Assembly (NCBI GenBank): GCA_963664815.2
Contig: CAXXHB010000003.1
Location: forward strand, 3,488,001 to 3,552,000
Length of the DNA stretch: 64,000 bases
Origin: Spirochaetota bacterium
GTDB lineage: Bacteria > Spirochaetota > UBA4802 > UBA5550
Direction of reading: 5' to 3'
In this document: one piece after another, positions 19,136-27,994 of the stretch
Layout: each line of letters opens with the position of its first letter
How positions within the stretch are numbered: position 1 is the stretch's first letter
Notes under the pieces: model-generated
Databases searched by the model: none
The model's input: only the letters and a program-made list of their open reading frames with translations
Told to the model about the DNA's origin: nothing
Position numbers and translations under genes: made by a program

Positions 19136-20992
19136 TCAACCCGGAGCTTTGCAGAGCAGAGATTCAAGCTGATCAAAACTTTCAGATGATGCCATGACAT
19201 ATATTTCATCATTCAGGTGCAGCTCAAACGTGTCATGATAAATATATTGCTCAATACCGTTTCTTACGACTATAAATATAGTCACGCCATCGGGAAGCGG
19301 ATATTCTCCCGCTTTGTTATTAATAAATTCTCTGCATGAAATCTGAAATGACCTAAGCTGCTGTTTCTTAAGAGAAAACCTCTCTTTAAGTTTAGAAAGA
19401 AATCCATCCCACGACAAACTGCTGTCAACATTATTCCTGACACCGAAAGCGGGTTTTATATTTTCATTCTTTATAATTTCAGAGAGTTCTTCATTCGCTT
19501 TCTCATTAAGTACAGTGAAAAGATTTTTTATACCGAATGTGTCCTTTAAAAAGCGGCAGAATATTATATTTATTTCATTATTATCCGATGCCGCAAATGC
19601 TGACATAAAATCATCTACCTCGATACCGCTGTATGTTGCAGGATCAAGGGCATTTCCTTCACAGCACGAAAAACCTCTTTTCTCAGCCATCTGACAGTTT
19701 TTTTTGTTTGAATCCACAAAAAGCACATCCGTCCCATTGGAGCTCCATTTATCAGCAATCATAAGCGAAATATTATTCACTCCAAGAATTATCAGATTCC
19801 TGTCACCCTTTACAAGGATATTGAGTTTTCCAGCAATCCACTTTGCAGAGAGCCCCTGAAGAAGCACTGTTACAGAAATAAGCATAAAAACAAGTATCTC
19901 AATAGTTTCAGCTTTTTCAATTCCGGCAGCCTTAAGTTTGAATGCCGCAATTGATGCAACTGAAAGAGCAATAATTCCCCGGGGGCCAATCCAGGACATG
20001 AAAAACTTTTCCTTTAAATTAAACCCCTCTTTCCTTGTGCTTAAAAAAACAACCGGAAATCTTGCAATAATTATTATAAAAACTACAATAAGCCCATCAG
20101 TCAGATATTGCTCCAGATGTCTTACATCAAAATTAGCTGAAAGCAGAACAAAAAGAATGGATGTGACAATACGGGTAACCTGATCCTTAAAACTCTGAAT
20201 TTTCTTTTTCTCCCTGTAATCCATTGTACTCAGGATCAAACCGATAATCACCACAGTAAGAAGGCCTGATTCCGGTATAACTTCATCAGAAACAATATAT
20301 GCTAAAAACACAAATCCGAGGGTAAAAAAACTGTTGCTCTTTGAAGGTATAATATTTGTTTCGCATATTATATACTTTATGAAAAAACCCGATCCAATAC
20401 CGATTACCGCTCCCGCAAACAGCGAGCCAACGAAACCTGCTATTGAAAGTATTATTTCATGACGGGAAAGCACGAACTCAAGTGTTACAATGGCAAATAT
20501 CGCGCCGACAGCATCAATAAGTACGGCTTCTCCGTTAAGAAAATTTTTAACCCTGCTACCAAGTGCTATGTGGCGTATTACAGGTTTTACCACAGTAGGG
20601 CCTGTAACAACTATAAGAGTGGAGAATATGAGTGAGATCTCCCACGACAGCCCCAATATATACTTTGCTGAAATAAATCCCACAGATACCATAACAATTA
20701 CAGATAGCACGATGTCTTTGAAGAGAACTGACCTGAGCAGTCTTATCTGCTTTATATCAAGAGACAACCCCCCTTCAAAAAGTATAATCGTTACAAAGAC
20801 CGTAATCATAACAGTGAGGCCATTGCCCAGCATTCCGGGATTTACGAGTCCTGCAACACCCGGACCGGATAAAATTCCCATGGCAAAATAAAACAGGATT
20901 CCGGGTATTCTGAATTTTTCCGAGAGTACTATACCTGCTGACCCCAATATTATACTGAACATAATAGTTTTAATAACTGTACTTTCAACCAT
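19136..20992 (-). CDS. CPA1/NhaP-type cation:proton antiporter with C-terminal TrkA/RCK-like domain
   Basis: ILFEGGLSL, VTGPTVV, GEAVLIDAVG, ESGLL, WIGPRGII; RCK-like Rossmann segment after the TM region. Confidence 0.9.
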   Translation of the reverse strand: MVESTVIKTIMFSIILGSAGIVLSEKFRIPGILFYFAMGILSGPGVAGLVNPGMLGNGLTVMITVFVTIILFEGGLSLDIKQIRLLRSVLFKDIVLSVIVMVSVGFISAKYILGLSWEISLIFSTLIVVTGPTVVKPVIRHIALGSRVKNFLNGEAVLIDAVGAIFAIVTLEFVLSRHEIILSIAGFVGSLFAGAVIGIGSGFFIKYIICETNIIPSKSNSFFTLGFVFLAYIVSDEVIPESGLLTVVIIGLILSTMDYREKKKIQSFKDQVTRIVTSILFVLLSANFDVRHLEQYLTDGLIVVFIIIIARFPVVFLSTRKEGFNLKEKFFMSWIGPRGIIALSVASIAAFKLKAAGIEKAETIEILVFMLISVTVLLQGLSAKWIAGKLNILVKGDRNLIILGVNNISLMIADKWSSNGTDVLFVDSNKKNCQMAEKRGFSCCEGNALDPATYSGIEVDDFMSAFAASDNNEINIIFCRFLKDTFGIKNLFTVLNEKANEELSEIIKNENIKPAFGVRNNVDSSLSWDGFLSKLKERFSLKKQQLRSFQISCREFINNKAGEYPLPDGVTIFIVVRNGIEQYIYHDTFELHLNDEIYVMASSESFDQLESLLCKAPG

Positions 20993-21040
20993 GTTGCCCG
21001 ACCTGCCGGATTTGTATTAGTAATGTTTTATTATTAAATG

Positions 21041-22353
21041 ACTTGAGTTAGGCGTTTTTTTAAAAGAAAAAAGATAATGGGGCAAAAACAGTATTAATTT
21101 TTTACCCCATTATGAATAGTATTTTAAAAACTCTAATGAATAAAAAAATAAACAACAGATTACAGAAGACAAGTATTTTACAGCGGCGAAAGAAATTTTT
21201 TCAAAACCGCAAATGAGGCATTTTACTAAGATGCTGAAAGGGATAATAGAATATGATGGTCGTCATACAATCTCAAGTATCAACTCCATTAAGGTTGACG
21301 CAAGAGATGTTAGTAATGATATAAAGTTTATAAGAGATACAGCTTGGACCTGTAAAGATCTTTTAAGAGTTAACAGGAATTTTTTAAAATGTATAGCGAA
21401 GAAAAAAGGGACAGGCTTTTTAATAATAGATGATACTGTGATAGAGAAGCCGGGAAAACCGAAGAAGATAGAAAGTCTCGGGTGGCATTATTCTCATTCA
21501 AAAGGCAGAACGGTATATGGTCACAGCTTGGTGACAAGTCATTATAGATCAGGGGATATATCTTTCCCATATGATTTCCGGTTTTATCTAAATGAGAAAG
21601 TGGCAACTGAAACCGGAGAAGTATTTAAAACAAAACCGGATATAGCATGTGAATTGATAGATAAGTTTGAACCTTTTACGGGAGATAAGATATACTGTTT
21701 AGTAGATAGCTGGTACACATCGGAGAAAGTCGTAAAAGCTGTAAAAGACCGGGAATTTGAACTTATAGGAGCGCTTAAGAGCAATAGAGTATTCCAGTTC
21801 AAAGAGCATGGTAAAAAACATAAGCTGTCAGCTTATGTGAAAAACTTAAGAAACTCATCCTTTGAGAAAGTAAAATTAAAGGATGAAGCCTTCAAAGTCA
21901 GACGGATAGAAGTCTGGCTGAAAGGTATCGGTAATGCAATTATACTGATATCAAAGAGAGTCAAGGACGGATCTAGAATGTTCATCCTTAGTACGGATAT
22001 GAACTTGAATAATGAAGGCATCTTGAAATATTACAGCTTTCGCTGGGATATTGAAGTTGGATATCTTTATTGTAAAGATCGTCTTGGTATGAGTCAATAC
22101 CAGATGAGGAAACTGAAGGCAATAGAAAAATACTGTGCTCTTGTATTTGCTGCGTATGCTTTACTTAAATCATTGAGAGTTTCTAATAATGAACAAAGTC
22201 TTGGTAAATCAAGGCAGTACTTCAAGATTATGAAGAAAAGGGAATATGTTGATCAGTTGATCATATTACATAAAAAGGGTGTTTCAAAAAGAGACATCTA
22301 TAAAAAATTAAAACTCTCGGCGTAGATATGTCTAAAAAACGCCTAACTCAAGT
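21041..22353 (+). mobile_element. IS701/ISH3-like insertion sequence
   Basis: Perfect 20-bp terminal inverted repeats ACTTGAGTTAGGCGTTTTTT (21041-21060, 22334-22353); flanks AAATG / AAATA are a probable imperfect target duplication. Confidence 0.92.
21213..22325 (+). CDS. IS701-like DDE transposase
   Basis: LIIDDTVIEK, LVDSWYT, LKSNR, Y-x-x-RWDIE...K-x-x-LG; frame is open upstream to about 21144. Confidence 0.9.
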   Translation: MRHFTKMLKGIIEYDGRHTISSINSIKVDARDVSNDIKFIRDTAWTCKDLLRVNRNFLKCIAKKKGTGFLIIDDTVIEKPGKPKKIESLGWHYSHSKGRTVYGHSLVTSHYRSGDISFPYDFRFYLNEKVATETGEVFKTKPDIACELIDKFEPFTGDKIYCLVDSWYTSEKVVKAVKDREFELIGALKSNRVFQFKEHGKKHKLSAYVKNLRNSSFEKVKLKDEAFKVRRIEVWLKGIGNAIILISKRVKDGSRMFILSTDMNLNNEGILKYYSFRWDIEVGYLYCKDRLGMSQYQMRKLKAIEKYCALVFAAYALLKSLRVSNNEQSLGKSRQYFKIMKKREYVDQLIILHKKGVSKRDIYKKLKLSA

Positions 22354-22720
22354 AAATAATAAATCGAAAAAAATCAGAGGGGTGATCACAAGCAGGCAGA
22401 TAGCAAGTGCTATTGCCGGAGAGATAGAACTTTTAGAGGAATGAAATATTTTATCCAAAAACATCTGTATTTAATATCTTACCATGTATCTTCTGCGGTG
22501 TTCATAAAAAGAGCTACACCGTTTAGAACCCCAAAGATCAAGTTTCTGGGACTTCCCCAAAAAACAATATGTGGATTCCTGATTTTTTATAAGAACTTTT
22601 TATACCAGAACAGGGTGGACTCTCCCCATGACTAGGAAATTATCCCACAACAAAATAGTTTAAATGTACACAAAATACAAAATAACCCGCATAAATAGAG
22701 ACTTAATCAAGCTTATTCTC

Positions 22721-22736
22721 TGGCATGAAAAATGCA
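22721..22736 (+). promoter_or_regulatory. sigma54 (-24/-12) promoter of OmpA/MotB gene
   Basis: TGGCATGAAAAATGCA, GG-N10-GC, 35 nt upstream of ATG 22772. Confidence 0.7.
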
Positions 22737-22771
22737 TTATTAATAACATAAATAATTTCAGGAGATAAAAT

Positions 22772-23449
22772 ATGAAAAAGATAATCGTAGCATTATCAGG
22801 TGTGTTATTACTCATTTTTTTTACTGCTGGTTGCGGAAGCAATCAGATCAAAGCAGAAAATGAAAAACTCAAAACTGAGCTGGCAGACTCGCAAAAAGAA
22901 CTGGCAAGATCAAAACAGAGGGAGATGGAGTTACAACTTGCTGTTAAAGCCGAACAGACAAAATGTGAGAATGATATTAAAGCTTTATCTAATGGATTTA
23001 ACAGGGAAATTGATGACGGTCAGGTTAGTATTAACAAAGTAAAAAGCGGAATAGCTGTAAATATGGCGGATAAACTTTTTTTTGAAACAGGAAAAGCTGA
23101 TATACAACCTTCAGGTAAAAAAGTTCTTAAACAATTTGCGGAAAACCTGAAACAGATGCAGGATAAAATTATACGGATTGACGGGCATACAGATAATGCA
23201 AAAATAAAAGAAAACTCAGAATTATATAAAATATATCCGACAAACTGGGAGCTAGCTGCAGCCAGAGCTATTAATGTTACAAGATATCTAACCGAAAAGT
23301 GCGGGATAGATCCTGTTATTGTATCCGCATCTACTTACTCTTATTATCAGCCGCAGGATACTAATAGCACAAAAAAGGGAAGAGCGAATAACAGAAGAAT
23401 TGAAATTATTGTAATGAATAAACAGGTTGTTGACATTATTAAACACTGA
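22772..23449 (+). CDS. OmpA/MotB-family peptidoglycan-binding lipoprotein with coiled coil
   Basis: Lipobox FTAGC; FETGKA, IDGHTDN, NWELAAARA, NRRIEI. Confidence 0.9.
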   Translation: MKKIIVALSGVLLLIFFTAGCGSNQIKAENEKLKTELADSQKELARSKQREMELQLAVKAEQTKCENDIKALSNGFNREIDDGQVSINKVKSGIAVNMADKLFFETGKADIQPSGKKVLKQFAENLKQMQDKIIRIDGHTDNAKIKENSELYKIYPTNWELAAARAINVTRYLTEKCGIDPVIVSASTYSYYQPQDTNSTKKGRANNRRIEIIVMNKQVVDIIKH

Positions 23450-23465
23450 GAAAGCAGATAAAATA

Positions 23466-23493
23466 AGCGGTGATATCGGAAGGTACCACCGCT
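23466..23493 (+). terminator. Hairpin terminator after OmpA/MotB gene
   Basis: AGCGGTGATATC-GGAA-GGTACCACCGCT. Confidence 0.55.
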
Positions 23494-23804
23494 GTATAAT
23501 TGATATATAAAATTTATATTAAAAAAGTATTATATTATTTTATAAAAAAATTATTAATTAGGAAGATGAATGAATATTAAAAACAATAAGGATTTTAATA
23601 TTGGTCGCGAAATATTGATTTTACTCTGGTTCATAACTAGATCAGCGGTAATAATTTTTTTTATTGTTATGATAGTAATGACAATTAAATTAATCATTGT
23701 CAGGATGATATTAAAACAGTGAAAAAATTTCCGGGTGAGTAGAATCGGCCGGACAATAAATTCATAAATACTTAAATTAAATAACGGATTGTGTGGCAAA
23801 GTAA

Positions 23805-25178
23805 ATGAATATTAAACTTTTCAGAGACCTTAAAATTGGTTATAAATTACTGATATTATTTCAATTCATGATGATACCGGTTATAATCATGTTCATCGCA
23901 TTTATGATAGTAATGAGCAAGCTTAATAATATAAAAAGCAATATACTGCTTGAAAATGTATCGAGTATCAGGGCCGGCTATAATCTTGAAAAATCTATAC
24001 TCAGCCTTAAAGGGCTTAAGTCATACTATATACTTGATGGTGATAAAAAATGGCTTGCTGAGTTTCAGTCAAACATGGTCACATTCAATGACTGGTATAG
24101 AAAATCTTTACAGTCTGCATATACGTATGAAGAACAAAAAACACTATCCGCATTATCACAAAATTACTACAAATACCTCGATTATCATAACAAAATTATT
24201 TCATTAGTTGAAAGGGGTAACCGCAGAGCCGCAATCGACTGTCTTTTAAACAGTTCATCCGGTGTTTACTCAACAATACTGGAAGAAAGTGAGAATTTAA
24301 TTTCAATTAATGAAAACAAAATTACAGAGGCTGAAGGACAATTTCTTAAGTACATAGAGTGGAGTAAATTTCTTTTTTATGTTATTATCATTTTATTCCT
24401 GATTTTTGGAGTGATACTGGTACTGACCACGACAAGAAGTATCAATGATAAATTTAAAATTATGATTGAATCGCTTACAGCCAATCATAAGAAGTTTGTA
24501 ATTTCTGAAAAGAAAGCAGCTATCGGAGAGATCGCCGCAGGCATATCTCATGAACTTAATAATCCCATCGGTATTATAAGTGGATTTACAGATCTCCTAG
24601 CTAACAAACCTGAACTGACAGAGGACGACAGAGAAATTATTATTGATATTAATAAAGAAGCACAACGGTGTCAAAGCTTACTGAAACAACTCCTTGATTT
24701 TGCAAAAACTCCTGAACCTTGTTATGTTGAAACTAATATAAGCGAACTTATTGATGAGACTTTAAATCTTTTTAATAATCAGGACAAATACAAAAACATT
24801 TCTTTTAATTTCATACCATCTTATAATTTGACAAATATATATATTGAACCGTTTCAGATAAAACAGGTGTTACTTAACATGATTATTAACGCATGTGACG
24901 CTGTAGATTATAAAGGTTATATAAATGTAAAACTGGAAAGACTGGGGAATAGTGTCCGTATTTGTATTAAAGATAACGGGAAGGGTATAAGCAAAGAAAA
25001 TATTGGTAAAATTTTTGCACCATTCTTTACAACAAAACTTGAAGGTGTCGGGCTGGGTCTGGCAATATGCAAAGATATAATTGAAAAACACAACGGTACT
25101 ATAGATGTTGAAAGTGAACAGGGGAATGGAACTGAATTTTTAATTCTGTTACCCAGTGGGAGTGAACATGAATCTTAG
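23805..25178 (+). CDS. Sensor histidine kinase with four-helix-bundle periplasmic domain
   Basis: Two TMs; H-box SHELNNP; N box NACDA; G1 DNGKG; F box PFFTTK; G2 GLGL. Confidence 0.93.
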   Translation: MNIKLFRDLKIGYKLLILFQFMMIPVIIMFIAFMIVMSKLNNIKSNILLENVSSIRAGYNLEKSILSLKGLKSYYILDGDKKWLAEFQSNMVTFNDWYRKSLQSAYTYEEQKTLSALSQNYYKYLDYHNKIISLVERGNRRAAIDCLLNSSSGVYSTILEESENLISINENKITEAEGQFLKYIEWSKFLFYVIIILFLIFGVILVLTTTRSINDKFKIMIESLTANHKKFVISEKKAAIGEIAAGISHELNNPIGIISGFTDLLANKPELTEDDREIIIDINKEAQRCQSLLKQLLDFAKTPEPCYVETNISELIDETLNLFNNQDKYKNISFNFIPSYNLTNIYIEPFQIKQVLLNMIINACDAVDYKGYINVKLERLGNSVRICIKDNGKGISKENIGKIFAPFFTTKLEGVGLGLAICKDIIEKHNGTIDVESEQGNGTEFLILLPSGSEHES

Positions 25179-26550
25179 TGATAGCAGACTTCTTATTCTT
25201 GATGATGAAGAAGGAATGTGCAAGCTCCTTAAAAGTATTTTAAGCAGTGAAGGATATGAAATAGTAATAAGTAAATCACCAATTAATGCACTTGAATTAA
25301 TAAGTACCGGTCATTTTGATCTGGCAATTGTTGATATAAGAATGCCCGAAATGGACGGAATTGAATTTATTAAAAGAGCAATGCGAATAAAACCAAGGCT
25401 CGGTTTTGTCATGATATCCGCTTATGGAAGTATTGGAAACGCAGTGGATGCGATAAAATTAGGGGCTTTAGATTATATAAGCAAACCTTTTGATAAGGAA
25501 GAGATTAAAATATCTATCCAGAAAGCTCTCGAACATGTTTCACTTGTAAAAGAAAACATCCGGATGAAACGGGAACTCGAGCAGCTTCAGGATATAGGAC
25601 AGGTAAGGTTTGCAAGCAGACAAATGAGTGAAATAATGGCATTCGCTAGAAAAATTGCGGAATCATCATTAAGTGTACTCATAACAGGGGAAAGCGGTAC
25701 CGGTAAGGAAGTAATTTCGAGATATATACACGAATGCAGCAGCCGAAAAGATCAGCCATTTGTACCGGTTCAATGTACTCTGCTCCCGGTTAATCTCCTT
25801 GAGAGCGAATTATTCGGTTTTAAAAAAGGAGCGTTTACCGGTGCGAATGAAAGCCGAACCGGTCTTTTTGAACAGGCAAATAATGGGACTATCTTTCTAG
25901 ATGAGATTGGAGATATCGCTCTTGATATCCAGGGTAAGCTTCTCCGATTTTTGCAGGATAGAGAGATACGACGTATCGGTGAATCAAAATCAGTTACACT
26001 AAACGTCAGGTTAATATCTGCCACTAATAAGAATCTTGAAAATCTTATTAAAGAAAAAGAATTCCGAGAAGATCTTTACTTTAGACTTAAAGTTTTCGTT
26101 ATTCATATTCCTCCACTCCGTGAACGAAAAGAGGATATTCCCTATCTAGTGCAGCACTTCATCAATGAAATAAATAAAAATAGAGAGAAACCCCTTGAGA
26201 TAGAAACTAAATGCATGAAGCAACTTATCACATATGACTGGCCGGGTAATATAAGAGAACTTAAAAACTCTATCGAAAGCGGAGCCGTGATCAGTGAAAA
26301 CAATATAATTACATTAGATGATATAATAGGTATCAGGGAAAATATACAGTATGAGACAACTTCCGATCTGAAATTTAAAGATTTAAAAAGCAGCATAATA
26401 GAAAATTTTGAAAGATCCTATATAACTCAAATGATGAATACTCACAAGGGAGCAATTTCCAGTGCTTCGAGGGATTCCGGGATAGACAGAAAAACATTCT
26501 GGCAGCTTTTAAAAAAATATGGACTGGAGCCTGAAAATTTTAAGGAGTGA
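25168..26550 (+). CDS. NtrC-family sigma54-dependent response regulator
   Basis: Receiver domain (LDDE, DIRMP, KPF); GESGTGKE, ESELFG, GAFTGA, WPGNIREL; Fis-type HTH. Confidence 0.95.
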   Translation: MNLSDSRLLILDDEEGMCKLLKSILSSEGYEIVISKSPINALELISTGHFDLAIVDIRMPEMDGIEFIKRAMRIKPRLGFVMISAYGSIGNAVDAIKLGALDYISKPFDKEEIKISIQKALEHVSLVKENIRMKRELEQLQDIGQVRFASRQMSEIMAFARKIAESSLSVLITGESGTGKEVISRYIHECSSRKDQPFVPVQCTLLPVNLLESELFGFKKGAFTGANESRTGLFEQANNGTIFLDEIGDIALDIQGKLLRFLQDREIRRIGESKSVTLNVRLISATNKNLENLIKEKEFREDLYFRLKVFVIHIPPLRERKEDIPYLVQHFINEINKNREKPLEIETKCMKQLITYDWPGNIRELKNSIESGAVISENNIITLDDIIGIRENIQYETTSDLKFKDLKSSIIENFERSYITQMMNTHKGAISSASRDSGIDRKTFWQLLKKYGLEPENFKE

Positions 26551-26554
26551 TACT

Positions 26555-27736
26555 ATGTTTGATTACCTCAAAATATATATGTTTTTCTGCATCTTAATCT
26601 TATCATGCTCCAGGGAGAATATTAAACCTATTTCAGTAGAGAAAAATTTTTCTGGTGCTTTATGGATCGAAAGACATAATATTTCAACACCGGAGAAGGT
26701 TGATGATATTGTTAACCTAGTCAGGGGGACAAATATAAAAAATTTATTCATTCAGGTTCGTGGCAGAGGAAATGCTTATTATAATTCTGAATATGAACCA
26801 CTTGCAACCAGTATACCTGATGGTTTTGATCCCTTAAAGTATCTTATAGAAAAAACCAGAAAAATGGACTTTAAAATTCATGCATGGGTTAATATCTCTT
26901 ATGTACTCGATGCCGATAAATATCCATTGGATGAAAAACATATACTGTACAAACATCCGGAGTGGATTTCATACGACTACTCCGGCAGACCTATGACAGA
27001 GTATTCTAAAAAAGAACTGGAAGATAATCTCCTTGAAGGATTTTTTCTTGATCCCGCCATTCCTGAAGTGAAAGATTATATTGCAAGTATTGTTAAAGAC
27101 ATTCTTTCAAAATATCCTGTTGATGGAATACATCTCGACTTTATTCGTTATCCCTATTCCGGTTACAGCTCTTACTCAAAAAAATACTTAAGTGATTTCG
27201 GGTATAATCCCATTGCCAGAGAAATTTTTAAAACAAAGTTTGGGTTAGATCCTATCAGTATTGACAGAGATAAAGATTCGCCTGAAAAGGAACTTTTTGA
27301 TCAATTCAGAAGAGATCAGATTACAGAAATTGTAAAAAGAATCAGGGGCATAGTAAAATCAAAGAATGAAAATCTAATACTCTCTGCAGCAGTTATGCCA
27401 AGATATGACTGGGGTAAAAAAGTATATTTTCAGGATTGGCCTAAATGGCTTGATGAACACTATATAGATCTTGCTTGTGTCATGAGTTACAGTTCCAATA
27501 ATACATGCTTTCAGGATTATATTAATTATGCAAACGATACCCATAATAATAATAGAATATTTATGGGAATAGGTGTAAAAAAAAATACAGGTATAAACAA
27601 AGCCCTGAGACAGATAGAAATTTCGTATAAAAACGGTATGAGAGGTTATGCAATTTTTAGTTTTACTCATGATAAAAAATTCATTGATGAGCTATGTGAT
27701 TTAATTAAATATAACAGATCTGTTTATAAATATTAA
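26555..27736 (+). CDS. GHL10 (DUF187) glycoside hydrolase-like lipoprotein
   Basis: QVRGRG-x-AYY, FDPL, HAWVN, LDPAIPEV, VDGIHLDFIRYP, QDWP-x-W; lipobox-like ILSC. Confidence 0.88.
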   Translation: MFDYLKIYMFFCILILSCSRENIKPISVEKNFSGALWIERHNISTPEKVDDIVNLVRGTNIKNLFIQVRGRGNAYYNSEYEPLATSIPDGFDPLKYLIEKTRKMDFKIHAWVNISYVLDADKYPLDEKHILYKHPEWISYDYSGRPMTEYSKKELEDNLLEGFFLDPAIPEVKDYIASIVKDILSKYPVDGIHLDFIRYPYSGYSSYSKKYLSDFGYNPIAREIFKTKFGLDPISIDRDKDSPEKELFDQFRRDQITEIVKRIRGIVKSKNENLILSAAVMPRYDWGKKVYFQDWPKWLDEHYIDLACVMSYSSNNTCFQDYINYANDTHNNNRIFMGIGVKKNTGINKALRQIEISYKNGMRGYAIFSFTHDKKFIDELCDLIKYNRSVYKY

Positions 27737-27883
27737 TCATGTTTATTAAATATTTTTATAATAATACTTATTTATTCCTGTTTCACATCATTGGAAATAT
27801 TATAGAATAAAGTTCTTGATCACATTTTCTAAACTGTATAATATCAATGTATTATGTGGGCTAACACCCGCAACTCAACCCCT

Positions 27884-27917
27884 GCGAGGGATTTTGCGGG
27901 GCTTCCGCCCCGCACCC
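27884..27917. repeat. REP-like hairpin (CGGGGCT-x-x-CGCCCCGCAC type)
   Basis: GCGGGGCTTCCGCCCCGCACCC; second copy at 52242-52274. Confidence 0.6.
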
Positions 27918-27994
27918 AGCTTTTGAAAAAAGTTTCAAAAAAAAGTCGAAACTTTTAGTGAATTGTTGTATAAAAATCATTTCAAGAGGTTAGT

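Noticed and set aside
23554-23799. 81-aa minus-strand ORF between the OmpA gene and the kinase
   Set aside because: AT-rich, Ile/Asn-biased, no RBS or motif, and overlaps the presumed kinase promoter.
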